Assembly: GCA_035289625.1 (NCBI GenBank)
Contig: DATDWP010000016.1
Span: 11,871 to 75,870 of the forward strand
From: an archaeon
Lineage (GTDB): Archaea; Iainarchaeota; Iainarchaeia; Iainarchaeales; Iainarchaeaceae
Direction of reading: 5' to 3'
Length of the DNA: 64,000 bases
Under the pieces are notes generated by a model, which saw only the letters and a list, made by a program, of their open reading frames with translations, was not told the origin of the DNA and ran no database searches. Positions 29,406 through 39,111 of the stretch are shown here, one piece after another. The position numbers and the translations under genes are program-made. The first letter of the stretch is position 1. Each line of letters starts with the position of its first letter.

Positions 29406-30338
29406 ATGAAAACCAGTACTGTTGCACTTATGCTTGTGGCATTCTTATCCATTTCAGGTTGCGTAAATGTGACTTATGATAAAGGCAATTCAACAGATTT
29501 CCAAGAGTGCGGTAACCTTATTTGCGAGGACGGGGAAACAAAACTGACTTGTGCTACTGATTGTGTCCTTTGCTCTTCACCAGGTGGCTGTTCTGGCAAT
29601 TCGTACAGTTCCCCAAATTCGTACAGTTCCCCAATAATTTCTTCCACAACCGTTAGTCCTTCAAACCCAGGTTTGGGGCAGATCTTCACTCTTTCCCTTA
29701 CCGTGTCTGATGATCGCGGGATCAGATATGTTTTTTGGAACTCCTCAAAGCCTGTTTCTGTCCAAGGCAACCCGACTCTCTTGAAAGGGGATTTTTATGA
29801 TTGCGCTTTCCAGCCAACCTGTTCAGTTTCATTCAGGTTCAGTTCTGAAGAGCAAGGGCCGATACAATTCACTGTTTATGCGGATGATTCTGTCGGCAAC
29901 GAATCCGCAAGATCTGACTTTGAGGTTATCGTACAGTCATTCAAAAGGACCTCCACTGCTGCTGTTTGCGGAAATAATATTTGCGATAGCGGTGAAACAT
30001 CTAATAACTGTGCAGGCGACTGCCCAAGTGCACCTTGTTCTTCAGGCCCGGGATGCCAAGACCCAAATGATGATGTCACGTCCCCATTGTGCGGCAATAG
30101 CGCCTGTGAAACGGGCGAGGCTTTTGAAACCTGCCCGCAGGACTGCCCTTTTGAAAACAATGACGATTCAAATGCCTGCACCACAAATTCAGACTGCGGC
30201 TACCGACAGGCCTGTGAGGGCGGGAGTTGCGTTTCAGTTGAATGCACCAACGATTCGCAATGCTCCGGATGCAGGAGATGTTCGGATAATACGTGCCGCT
30301 CATGCGGATATGGCCCGACTGGTTTATGTTACTGCTGA
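29406..30338 (+). CDS. Cys-rich surface lipoprotein, short paralogue (3 CGN modules + Ig-like core + C-terminal Cys knot)
   Basis: Lipobox MKTSTVALMLVAFLSISGC (ATG 29406; the track start at 29382 is GTG). CGNLICEDGETKLTCATDC-type modules. C-terminus paralogous to the next gene. Confidence 0.75.
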   Translation: MKTSTVALMLVAFLSISGCVNVTYDKGNSTDFQECGNLICEDGETKLTCATDCVLCSSPGGCSGNSYSSPNSYSSPIISSTTVSPSNPGLGQIFTLSLTVSDDRGIRYVFWNSSKPVSVQGNPTLLKGDFYDCAFQPTCSVSFRFSSEEQGPIQFTVYADDSVGNESARSDFEVIVQSFKRTSTAAVCGNNICDSGETSNNCAGDCPSAPCSSGPGCQDPNDDVTSPLCGNSACETGEAFETCPQDCPFENNDDSNACTTNSDCGYRQACEGGSCVSVECTNDSQCSGCRRCSDNTCRSCGYGPTGLCYC

Positions 30339-30439
30339 ACTGCATTTTGTGAATTTTCCAAAAACACAAGTTAACCCAGGACAACACAACCCCCTACACA
30401 AAACAAACCTTTAAGTATAACCTAATTCAATATTTGGAA

Positions 30440-32380
30440 ATGAAATTTTATCCCATTTTGGTTGTTTTTGCAGGTTTTTTTCTTCTAAGCGGATGCGTCA
30501 CAATTGACCTTAGCGAGACAAACCAGACGACCAATGAAACTGTTAAGGGCGCTAACACAGCAGCCTCTTGCGGCAATGGATTTTGCGAGAGCTCGGAAAC
30601 ACTCGCTAGCTGCATTGCTGACTGCACCTATTTTATTGCGCAATGCGGAAACCTGATTTGCGAAAACGGCGAAACACCGGTTACTTGCGAGCAGGACTGC
30701 AGGCCGATTGTCCGCCATGATCTTTGCGGGAATGGGATTTGCGATACCGGAGAGTATGATGAAACGTGCCCTCAGGATTGCCCGCTGCCCGATCCTGTAC
30801 GCGAGGCGTGCGGAAACAGAATTTGCGACACCGGGGAAAATAATTTCTTGTGCCCAACGGATTGTGAAGTGCAGGTAATATGTGGTGATGGGGGGTGCAG
30901 CACAAGTGAAACGCCTGAAACATGCAGCTTGGATTGCGGTTACTCAAACCCTATTTGCGGCAATGCTTTCTGCGAGCCCGGCGAAAGTGCACAAACATGC
31001 CCTGTTGATTGCAGCACCATTGATGCTTTAGGTAATGTGTGCGGCAACGATTCATGCGAACCTGGAGAGACAAGGGAAATGTGCCTGGTTGACTGCAGGT
31101 TTGTTTTCCCGAGGTCAATTTTTGATGTAAACAACAATTTGCCTGACGATCTTAATTCCTTTGACCAGCTGCGGATTTGCGGTAACTATTATTGTGAATC
31201 GAATGAAACAGAACAAAGTTGTCCACGCGATTGCGGCGATCGCCCCGGATTTTGTGGGGACGGTTTTTGTGCAGTGATCGAGGGCTCACAAACCTGCCCT
31301 CAAGACTGCCGCCTTCCTCTGCGACCAGAAACATGCGGGAACGGTATTTGTGATGCAACAGAGGCGTCCACTGCCTGCTGGACGGACTGTTCAGAAGACC
31401 TTACAACCACGTGCGGCGATGGGATTTGTGCAGGGACAGAGAATGCGGCAAGCTGCTCTGAAGATTGCTGGACAAATGGTTCTGGTGACCAATTCCCCTC
31501 GCTCACGGTAACAGTGAGCCCTTCAAACCCTTCACAGAGCACTACTTTCAATCTGACGGTTAGCGCGCAAGACGATGTGGGAATAGACCAGATTTTCTGG
31601 AGCGCCGACAAGTTCATTCCTGATTATAACCACTTGAATTCCTTTGACTGCAACATGCAGACAACATGCACTCATTCATGGGCTGAGCTTATTGCAATCG
31701 AGGAAGGAACTATCCGGATAACTGTTTATGCCACTGATTCTTCAGGACAGCAGTCAGGAAGGCCTGTTATGGAAGTCAATGTCGGGCCTTTTAGGCCTTA
31801 CACTGTTGAAACAGGGGGAGCTGTATGCGGCAATGGCTCGTGCCAGTCCACAGAGAGCCCGAGTTCGTGCCCTTCTGATTGCAACAGCGGAGAAACGGTC
31901 ACAACAATGTGCGGGAACAGCATCTGTGAAACAAGTGAAAGTTCAACAAGCTGTCCGCAGGACTGCTCTGCTGCCCCTTCAGGTCCAATATGCAACAACA
32001 ATATCATTGAGGGTTCAGAAGTCTGTGACGGCACTTCGCTTAGCGGACAAACCTGCCAAACACAAGGCTTTACCTACGGTACATTAAGGTGCAATTTCAT
32101 TTGCTCGGGCTATGATAGGAGTAACTGCTCCAACACCCCTGCTGCAGTGTGCGGCAACGGAACCTGTGAAGCTTCAGAGAGCGAGACAAGCTGTGCTGCT
32201 GACTGCTCTGTTGAAGACGAATGCAGCACGAATTCAGACTGCGGCTATAAGCAAGTTTGCGAATTTGGAGAATGTGTTTCTGTCGAATGCACTAATAGCG
32301 CACAGTGCGGAACATGCCAAAGATGTTCGGATAACATGTGCCGTTCATGCGGTTATGGGCCATATGGCTGCTACTGCTGA
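30440..32380 (+). CDS. Cys-rich surface lipoprotein, long paralogue (14 CGN modules)
   Basis: Lipobox MKFYPILVVFAGFFLLSGC. 14 copies of C-G-[ND]-x2-C-x3-E-x4-C-x2-DC; shared SPSNP...D[DR][VG]GI..[IV]FW core; shared C-terminal 50-aa Cys knot ending CRSCGYGP.G.CYC. Confidence 0.8.
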   Translation: MKFYPILVVFAGFFLLSGCVTIDLSETNQTTNETVKGANTAASCGNGFCESSETLASCIADCTYFIAQCGNLICENGETPVTCEQDCRPIVRHDLCGNGICDTGEYDETCPQDCPLPDPVREACGNRICDTGENNFLCPTDCEVQVICGDGGCSTSETPETCSLDCGYSNPICGNAFCEPGESAQTCPVDCSTIDALGNVCGNDSCEPGETREMCLVDCRFVFPRSIFDVNNNLPDDLNSFDQLRICGNYYCESNETEQSCPRDCGDRPGFCGDGFCAVIEGSQTCPQDCRLPLRPETCGNGICDATEASTACWTDCSEDLTTTCGDGICAGTENAASCSEDCWTNGSGDQFPSLTVTVSPSNPSQSTTFNLTVSAQDDVGIDQIFWSADKFIPDYNHLNSFDCNMQTTCTHSWAELIAIEEGTIRITVYATDSSGQQSGRPVMEVNVGPFRPYTVETGGAVCGNGSCQSTESPSSCPSDCNSGETVTTMCGNSICETSESSTSCPQDCSAAPSGPICNNNIIEGSEVCDGTSLSGQTCQTQGFTYGTLRCNFICSGYDRSNCSNTPAAVCGNGTCEASESETSCAADCSVEDECSTNSDCGYKQVCEFGECVSVECTNSAQCGTCQRCSDNMCRSCGYGPYGCYC

Positions 32381-32599
32381 AGAAATCATTTCCCCATCCG
32401 CCCCTTTTTCCTTGATAGACAAAGGCTTGTTTTCAGGGGCTGTTTTCTGCATAATCAGGCAAGTTCGACACTCATATGCCCTTTCATTGCCCGGGCCAAC
32501 TCATTTTTCCCGATGTTTGGACGGAAAGGTCATTGTGGAATGGCCACTTGTGGCAATCTATTGGCAATATTTTGCACCACGACCAAAAAATGGTTTGAG

Positions 32600-32672
32600 C
32601 GCCGAAGGGTGGATTTGAACCACCGACCCTCCGGTTAACAGCCGGATGCTCTACCTGCTGAGCTACCTCGGC
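32600..32672 (-). tRNA. tRNA-Asn(GUU), no intron
   Basis: GCCGAGG/CUUCGGC acceptor (one G-U), GCUC-AGCAGGUA-GAGC, UCCGG-CUGUUAA-CCGGA, GGUGG-UUCAAAU-CCACC. Confidence 0.9.
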
Positions 32673-32851
32673 CCAAATCAAGTTTTTAGAACTTGAAAGG
32701 ACTTAAGAATATAGTTTTGGATGGTTTTATAAAAGTCTCCTCCCTCTTCGCTGCGGCATAATTTTAATCCCAAAACCGCTAGTTTGTGGCCAGAATTGCT
32801 TAAATATAGGGAAAGTGTAAAACTTGTAGTATTGATAAAAGTTGTGGAAAA

Positions 32852-33835
32852 ATGGAAAAAAATCTGCAAACAGTTCTCTTTGCATCAATAATATTTGTGC
32901 TTTTGCTCGCAAGCGCGCTACTAGCATCCGGTTCTGGAATATTTAGCATGGATTTATTATCTGCCGGGGAGAATTTCCCTCAAGGAATACTTTCACTAAT
33001 AAATACAGAGCTCATTTTGCTCGGGATTCTTTTTCCCCTTTTGCTCGGATTTATTTCTGCACTCACACATTCCCTTGATAGAAAGACAATCTACATTTGC
33101 ACTCTAGGAGGCTGCTTGCCTGCAATTTTAATTTCATTTTTGCTATTCGGGCTTGGGCTTGTTGAAATTCTTTTTGCAATATTTGTACTTGTTGCAATTG
33201 TTCTTGTAGTTGAAATAAGTTTTGTCAAATCAAAAGAGCTAAAAACGCTTGTCACTTTTAGGACAGCTTCAAGTGCTGGCAAAACTGCATTTTTGGCCCT
33301 TGCTATTGCACTTTTTATTTCCAGCGCAGCAATTGGGCTTGAGAACAATGAAAAGAATGTAAAAGAGCTGGGCGATAAAATAATTGACCTAGCAGTTGGG
33401 GGCGGATCAACAAATTCATCACTTGCAGCGGCAAGTGCTGACCTTCTAATAAATTCACAAAAACAAGCAGTGGGTTCTATTGCAAAATCCCCACAATTTG
33501 AAAAATTGCGATCAAAACAAGACCCAGATGTCCAAACTTTTGTTGTTGCAATTGATTCGATGCAGGCACAATTGGATAGCCCACATGCGCGCGAGCAAGT
33601 GATTAGTGAAATTGAGAAAAAAGCACCGCAAGCAAAGAGCTCTATTAATTTTGAATTTTTGAGAAAAACTTCTCCTATGATTGATGCGATTGCAACTTAT
33701 TACTGGCTAATCAGCGCGTTTGCAATAACTTCGGCATTTTTATTTTTTTCAAACCTTATTGGTTCAAACCTTGCAGGGTTTTTTGCGGCTGTTATAAGAA
33801 AAGTTTTAGAATTTATGCACTCTGAGGCGCAGTAA
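32852..33835 (+). CDS. Multi-TM membrane protein, function unknown
   Basis: ORF with several hydrophobic helices flanking a soluble central segment. Confidence 0.55.
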   Translation: MEKNLQTVLFASIIFVLLLASALLASGSGIFSMDLLSAGENFPQGILSLINTELILLGILFPLLLGFISALTHSLDRKTIYICTLGGCLPAILISFLLFGLGLVEILFAIFVLVAIVLVVEISFVKSKELKTLVTFRTASSAGKTAFLALAIALFISSAAIGLENNEKNVKELGDKIIDLAVGGGSTNSSLAAASADLLINSQKQAVGSIAKSPQFEKLRSKQDPDVQTFVVAIDSMQAQLDSPHAREQVISEIEKKAPQAKSSINFEFLRKTSPMIDAIATYYWLISAFAITSAFLFFSNLIGSNLAGFFAAVIRKVLEFMHSEAQ

Positions 33836-33941
33836 ATTTTTGGATAATTTCTAGCGCTTAATTTAATTTAATGACTCTCCCTAGGTTAATAAGTGGCAAA
33901 GGAGAGATAGCATTTTATTCTAAAATACGCAATCTTATTGC

Positions 33942-34475
33942 ATGAGAAACTCTCAATCCAGAGAAAAAAACAGGCTAGCTCGACTATTTGTTAAACAAAT
34001 GCTCCAAAAACACCCAAAAGTAGCGCCATTGATAGATGGTGTTTTTGTTTTTGGAAGTACTGCTGCAAATCTTGCTACTTCAGATTCTGACATAGATATT
34101 TTTTTTGTTACTGAAAAAAATGCCGAAAAATTCAGAATGATTTTTCAAAAAGACATTGAAAAGTTTACTGAAAAACATAAAGTGGAACTGAATGTCCAAT
34201 CATTTCACACCGACGATATGCTTTCATTTATTCAAGGCAATATTACTCGCAGTTTGGCATTGGAGAAAATTCTTCAGTTTGGTTGCATTCCAATATACTT
34301 AAATGAAAAATGTTTTCCTAAAAATGAGAGAAAATATCTTTTTTCCCGTCTTCACCACACACTTCAATCCATAAAAAAATTTTATGGGGCTTTAAACGCA
34401 TTCCCAAAATCTGGGTCAATAGACAAGCGCCTCGGTGAACTAAGAAGACATAAGGGCATGAGAAGGTTTCTCTAA
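33942..34475 (+). CDS. Nucleotidyltransferase-domain protein (orphan MNT-like)
   Basis: GVFVFGSTAANLATSDSDIDIFFV (GS-x-DxD). Confidence 0.65.
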   Translation: MRNSQSREKNRLARLFVKQMLQKHPKVAPLIDGVFVFGSTAANLATSDSDIDIFFVTEKNAEKFRMIFQKDIEKFTEKHKVELNVQSFHTDDMLSFIQGNITRSLALEKILQFGCIPIYLNEKCFPKNERKYLFSRLHHTLQSIKKFYGALNAFPKSGSIDKRLGELRRHKGMRRFL

Positions 34476-34524
34476 ATTAAATGTGGGATTAGTAGAGTTT
34501 TATATCAAAGCAGATTTTAAGCGT

Positions 34525-34800
34525 GAACACGCCCCAAAGTGGATTTGCAAAGCAGCAATAGCGTTTTACCCTAAATCCACTCCTAACTTCCGGAAAAACC
34601 CTTAAGCATTGAGTGCAAAAGTTACCGCTGCTCCCTTCCGGGCCTTGCGGGGTTGGCCTTGGCAAACAACCTTAAGGGACAGAAGGTCATTGTTATGGAA
34701 AGGCACTACAACAACTAAGCAAACCGCCCTCAAGGCTTCGATCCCGTCTAAAGCGGAATTGACGGCAACAGGGAACCACTACCTCCCCAATCTAGTCCAC
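34525..34800 (-). ncRNA. ffs: Signal recognition particle RNA (archaeal 7S RNA); ends approximate
   Basis: Minus-strand GGCCCGGAAGGGAGCAGCGGUAAC (34621-34644) matches the conserved helix-8 core. It also has an Alu-domain-like 5' part (GGGAUCGAAGCC..GAGGGCGGUU), a 5' GUGGA / 3' UCCAC closing pair, and a TATA box at 34822-34830. Confidence 0.72.
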
Positions 34801-34821
34801 TATCAATAGGGGTAAGTGAAG

Positions 34822-34830
34822 TATATAATC
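34822..34830 (-). promoter_or_regulatory. TATA box (TTATATA) upstream of the SRP RNA
   Basis: AAGATTATATAC on the minus strand, ~25 nt upstream of the inferred RNA 5' end. Confidence 0.4.
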
Positions 34831-35165
34831 TTTGAGGAGCAGGAATTGGAAATGTAATTTTTCAATTATATATAACACATAGTGGCACAAAAAATATTTT
34901 CAAGGCAAAATTAAGCATTATTTGCCAAAAAAATACTAAATAACACTTTTTTAATGAAAAAAGACTTTGTTAATGGGTTATTGGGTTTTGAGGCACATTC
35001 ACACCTACGACTATATTGACGCATGGACTTAACAACCTTATTTTTTGAAACGGAGTGTTAATAGAGCTCTATACATAAAAGAGAACGTATATAAAGGACT
35101 TTTACTGTAGTGAATAGTGGATCTTACTTTTATTTCAAAGCCAAGATTCGTTCAGGGGTGAACAA

Positions 35166-36233
35166 ATGAAATCGTTAATAGAAAATGCAGTAAGTACTCC
35201 TAATGAAAAACGGGAGGACAAAATGGAAGAATTCGGGACACCAAAAATAATGGTGATAGGATGCGGGGGCGCAGGATGCAATGCAGTGAATAGGATTGCA
35301 AATATGAACATTGCAGGAGCGCAACTTGTTGCAATCAATACCGATAAGCAGCACCTTGCAATAATAAATGATGAAATAACAAAAATCCTGATAGGAAAAT
35401 CTGTAACAAGAGGACTTGGAGCCGGCGGGTATCCAGAAATCGGCGCAAAGGCAGCAGAAGTTAGCAGGGCAGCTTTGGAAGAAGTAATGGACGGAGTTGA
35501 CATGCTCTTTATTTCAACAGGAATGGGCGGAGGAACAGGGACAGGTTCAGCGCCAATTGTTGCGCAGATCGCAAAAGAGCAAGGAGCAATTGTAATTGCA
35601 ATTGTAACATACCCGTTTGCACTGGAAAAGGCAAGGCTCATAAAAGCAGAAGAAGGAATTGAAGCGCTACGGCAAGTTAGCGACACAGTTGTTGTAATCG
35701 ACAACAATAGGCTAGTTGAACTCGTCCCGAATTTGCCGATACAAGACGCATTCAAAGTCGCAGATGAAGTGATAGCAAGAACAGTGCGCGGTATAACAGA
35801 AACAATCACGCAGCCTTCACTAATCAACCTTGACTATGCTGATGTTCGCGCTATAATGAGCAACAAGGGCCTTTCAGTAATTGCTGTTGGCGAAAGTAAA
35901 TCAGTTAACAAGGTAGAAGAAGTGGTTGAGGACACACTGAAAAATTCACTTCTTGATGTTGACATCAACGGAGCAACAGGCGTACTCATACATATAACAG
36001 GAGGGCCTGAACTAACCCTCGGAGAAGCAAACGGAATTGGGGAAAAATTAACAGAACATATCGACCCAAAAGCCGCAGTAATCTGGGGAGCTAGGGTTGA
36101 TACGACCTTTGATAACAAGCTCGAAGTGATCGCAATCTTTACAGGAGTGCACAGCCCATACATAAAAGGAGCCTCAACAAATATCGGAAGAGGATCAAAA
36201 CCAAAAGGACATCTTGAAATAGATTACATGTAA
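35166..36233 (+). CDS. ftsZ: Cell division GTPase FtsZ
   Basis: GCGGAGCNAVNR, GMGGGTGTGSAP tubulin signature; Shine-Dalgarno GGGGTGA at 35155-35161. Confidence 0.95.
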   Translation: MKSLIENAVSTPNEKREDKMEEFGTPKIMVIGCGGAGCNAVNRIANMNIAGAQLVAINTDKQHLAIINDEITKILIGKSVTRGLGAGGYPEIGAKAAEVSRAALEEVMDGVDMLFISTGMGGGTGTGSAPIVAQIAKEQGAIVIAIVTYPFALEKARLIKAEEGIEALRQVSDTVVVIDNNRLVELVPNLPIQDAFKVADEVIARTVRGITETITQPSLINLDYADVRAIMSNKGLSVIAVGESKSVNKVEEVVEDTLKNSLLDVDINGATGVLIHITGGPELTLGEANGIGEKLTEHIDPKAAVIWGARVDTTFDNKLEVIAIFTGVHSPYIKGASTNIGRGSKPKGHLEIDYM

Positions 36234-36263
36234 ACCAACCGTTTCGGCGTTTGGAGCGAGTGG

Positions 36264-36304
36264 CTATCTCAACTAAAGTTGAGATAGGCCATCTAATTTT
36301 TTTT
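36264..36304 (+). terminator. Hairpin plus T8 tract downstream of ftsZ
   Basis: 10-bp perfect stem ctatctcaac/gttgagatag with loop taaa, followed by tttttttt at 36297-36304. Confidence 0.45.
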
Positions 36305-36332
36305 AATCTAATTTTACTTTAAAATTTTAATT

Positions 36333-37748
36333 TCAAATAAAAAGCGGCAGCGCATTCACTAAAAGCAGCGCAAGAATAATATAGAGGAAAAATTTCTCTA
36401 CAATTTTTTGTAGTTCCTCTTTTGGCTTATTCAAAAAATTTAGATACGGAGCTATCATTAATTTTGCAATCCTTCCGCCATCAAATGGGTGCATTGGCAA
36501 AAAATTTATGGAAGCTACAAGGAAATTTAGCAAAAAGAGCCAATAAATAAAATCAACAAAAAGTGTTGCAATAGTAGCATACAATGAAAAGGACTCTGGC
36601 AAAGGGAAGTTCTCATTGCGGATCTGCTGCGGTACAAATCCAAACTGCCCCAATTCATTTGGAGTTAAATTTATTGTGACAAGTTTCCCTGTACGCTCTA
36701 GGGCAAATGTTTTTTGTGAAAACCTATCCTGTTGCAGGGCGCTGAAGAGATCTTGCGCATTTTTTATTTCAGCGCCATTTACGCTGCGAATAATATCACC
36801 CTCTTGCATTTGCCCAAAAGCAGAGGAAGGGTATTGCTGGCCACAAAAGAGCGTATTTTCAAGAACGCTACCAACTCCAACACCTAAAACCAAATTATCC
36901 TGCACACCCGGGTACAAATAATCGGTAACAGGAGTGATAAGGCCAAGTGAGAGCGCAAGAATAACCCCGGTAATTCCCATCAGGGCAAGATTTGCCATTG
37001 GCCCGGCTGCTAAAAACGGCAAAACCTTCTCTTCTTTTTCTTCTCTTACTTGCTTTTCATCAGGTTCAACAAAAGCGCCGACCGGCAAAAACCCAAGCAA
37101 AACTACACCTGTTGATTTTATTGTAAAGCCCTGCCTTCTGCCAACAATCCCGTGCGCTCCTTCGTGCACAAGTAAAATTATTAGAAGCGAAATCCAGGCA
37201 TGCAATGGAGGGGTTATTGGAACTCCTGGGATTTGCACCCCGGGTATTAGAGGAGCTACCCCCGGGCAACTTTTTAAACCGAGCAAATAATTTGAAGTTA
37301 TTTCAAAAGCTTGCAAAACAAGTGAGAAGAGTGTAAATCCTGCTAGGCCCATTGCACCAAAAGAAAAAACCATTAACGGGAAAAGGCCCCCGATAAGGCT
37401 GCTTTGCGAGAGCGCATTTCCCAAAAGTGAATCAATTCCAACAAGTCCTGCGCACAGGATTGTAAACGAGAGAACAAAAAGCCCAAGTCTTTTTGCAATC
37501 GGAAGTTTTCTGCCGTAAAAAAAATCAGCTGAAAGCGCTCCAAAGCCAATCAAAAGGCCAACCATTGAAAAAATATCCAAGAATTTTTTGTGCCTAGCCA
37601 TTTTGTCAAAAAATGCAAGCGGCTTTTGGGTTTTTAGAAGTGAAATTATAAAATAAGTGTCGGCTTTTGCGAATTTTTTTAATAGAAATGTGACGATTAG
37701 CGAAATTACGACAAACCCAAAGGCGATAAGAGTGAAATCTAGTGCCAT
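36333..37748 (-). CDS. Site-2 protease family (M50) membrane metalloprotease with PDZ-like insert
   Basis: HEGAHG (HExxH) in a TM helix and a distal FLPMHPFDGG motif. Confidence 0.85.
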   Translation of the reverse strand: MALDFTLIAFGFVVISLIVTFLLKKFAKADTYFIISLLKTQKPLAFFDKMARHKKFLDIFSMVGLLIGFGALSADFFYGRKLPIAKRLGLFVLSFTILCAGLVGIDSLLGNALSQSSLIGGLFPLMVFSFGAMGLAGFTLFSLVLQAFEITSNYLLGLKSCPGVAPLIPGVQIPGVPITPPLHAWISLLIILLVHEGAHGIVGRRQGFTIKSTGVVLLGFLPVGAFVEPDEKQVREEKEEKVLPFLAAGPMANLALMGITGVILALSLGLITPVTDYLYPGVQDNLVLGVGVGSVLENTLFCGQQYPSSAFGQMQEGDIIRSVNGAEIKNAQDLFSALQQDRFSQKTFALERTGKLVTINLTPNELGQFGFVPQQIRNENFPLPESFSLYATIATLFVDFIYWLFLLNFLVASINFLPMHPFDGGRIAKLMIAPYLNFLNKPKEELQKIVEKFFLYIILALLLVNALPLFI

Positions 37749-37872
37749 TTTACCATCTTTTCCAAAAACCGCCTATAAATTTGCAATACAACAAACAAAT
37801 GCGGATAAAACAATAGTAAAAGTTGAGTTTAAAAGGGTTGTCTTATCAAAATGTATTTAGCGAAGTGGAAAA

Positions 37873-39054
37873 ATGGCTGAAAATGAGACAAAAAAACAAG
37901 GGACATATGATGTATACGATTACGTGTTCTCACTAGAAGAGCAGCTCCGTTCATTGCAAACAGAAAAACAAATGGCATCAGCCCGTTTAACACAGCTCCA
38001 GATTGATTTGGAGAGAATGAGAAAAGAACTAAATGAATTAAAGGTACCTCCGCTAATAGTTGGCACAATAAACGAGGTACTTGCGGATAATTCAGTTATT
38101 GTAAAGCACAGCAACGGCATGGAATTTTTAGTTAAGCCGGCTCCGGGAATTGAGAGCGAACTTGAAGCAGGAAAACGCGTTGCAATGAACCAGAGAAGCC
38201 TTGTTGTTACAAAAGTATTCCCGGAAAACAAGGACTGGCGCGTCAATGCAATGGAAATAATCGAAAAACCAAAAGTCACATTTGAGCAAATTGGCGGGCT
38301 TGAAAATGAAATGCGAGAACTTGAAGAAGCTGTAATATTGCCCCTTACAAACCCAGAGAGTTTTGAGCAGCTCGGAATCGATCCTCCTAACGGAGTGCTA
38401 CTACACGGGCCCCCCGGAACAGGAAAGACACTACTTGCAAAAGCTGTTGCAAACAAAACAAATTCAACATTTATTTCACTCTCCGGCTCAGAACTTGTGA
38501 GAAAATATATCGGCGAAGGCTCAAAACTTGTTCGTGATCTCTTCAGGTTGGCAAAAGAGAAAACCCCCTCAATTATTTTTATTGATGAGATTGATTCTGT
38601 GGGCACGCACAGGTTTGCAACTGCAAATGGGGACCGCGAAGTGCAGCGCACAATGATGCAGCTACTCTCAGAAATGGACGGGTTTTGTGAAGTTAAGGGA
38701 GTGAAAGTGATTGCCGCAACAAATAGGCTCGATATGCTAGACCCAGCGCTCTTGCGACCGGGACGCTTTGATAGGATAATTGCAGTGCCGCTTCCAAGTA
38801 AGGATGCGCGAAAGAAAATATTTGGAATCCACAGCGCAAAAATGGCAATTGAAAAGAAAATTTCCCTAGATGAACTTGCCGGGTTAACTGAAGGGCTGAC
38901 CGGGGCAGATATCAAGAACGTGTGCATGGAAGCCGGGATTTTTGCCCTTCGCGAGAACAAGAAAAAAATCGAACTGCGCCACTTCAATGACGCTGTGCAG
39001 AAGGTTTCAAGGCTGCCGGTTGTAGATAGGCCAAATGATAGGATGTTTGCGTGA
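37873..39054 (+). CDS. pan: Proteasome-activating nucleotidase (PAN, AAA+ ATPase)
   Basis: N-terminal coiled coil, OB region, GPPGTGKT, IIFIDEIDS, second region of homology, hydrophobic C-terminal tail. Confidence 0.9.
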   Translation: MAENETKKQGTYDVYDYVFSLEEQLRSLQTEKQMASARLTQLQIDLERMRKELNELKVPPLIVGTINEVLADNSVIVKHSNGMEFLVKPAPGIESELEAGKRVAMNQRSLVVTKVFPENKDWRVNAMEIIEKPKVTFEQIGGLENEMRELEEAVILPLTNPESFEQLGIDPPNGVLLHGPPGTGKTLLAKAVANKTNSTFISLSGSELVRKYIGEGSKLVRDLFRLAKEKTPSIIFIDEIDSVGTHRFATANGDREVQRTMMQLLSEMDGFCEVKGVKVIAATNRLDMLDPALLRPGRFDRIIAVPLPSKDARKKIFGIHSAKMAIEKKISLDELAGLTEGLTGADIKNVCMEAGIFALRENKKKIELRHFNDAVQKVSRLPVVDRPNDRMFA

Positions 39055-39111
39055 AAAAATAAAATTTTTTTATTAATTCGTTTTATAAAAATAAATCTGC
39101 TAAGTTATTAT

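Noticed and set aside
34609-34809. 66-aa ORF on the plus strand
   Set aside because: It overlaps the SRP RNA gene on the opposite strand, which has the conserved helix-8 motif.
37920-38987. 355-aa ORF antisense to pan. Similar long shadow ORFs lie antisense to ftsZ (35135-35827), the ATPase (51985-52758), the P-type ATPase (6074-6703), nrdJ (16952-17509), glmM (55061-55717) and others.
   Set aside because: They lie entirely inside strongly supported genes on the opposite strand. They have low-complexity S/F/I-rich composition and no motifs. They are typical codon-bias shadow frames.
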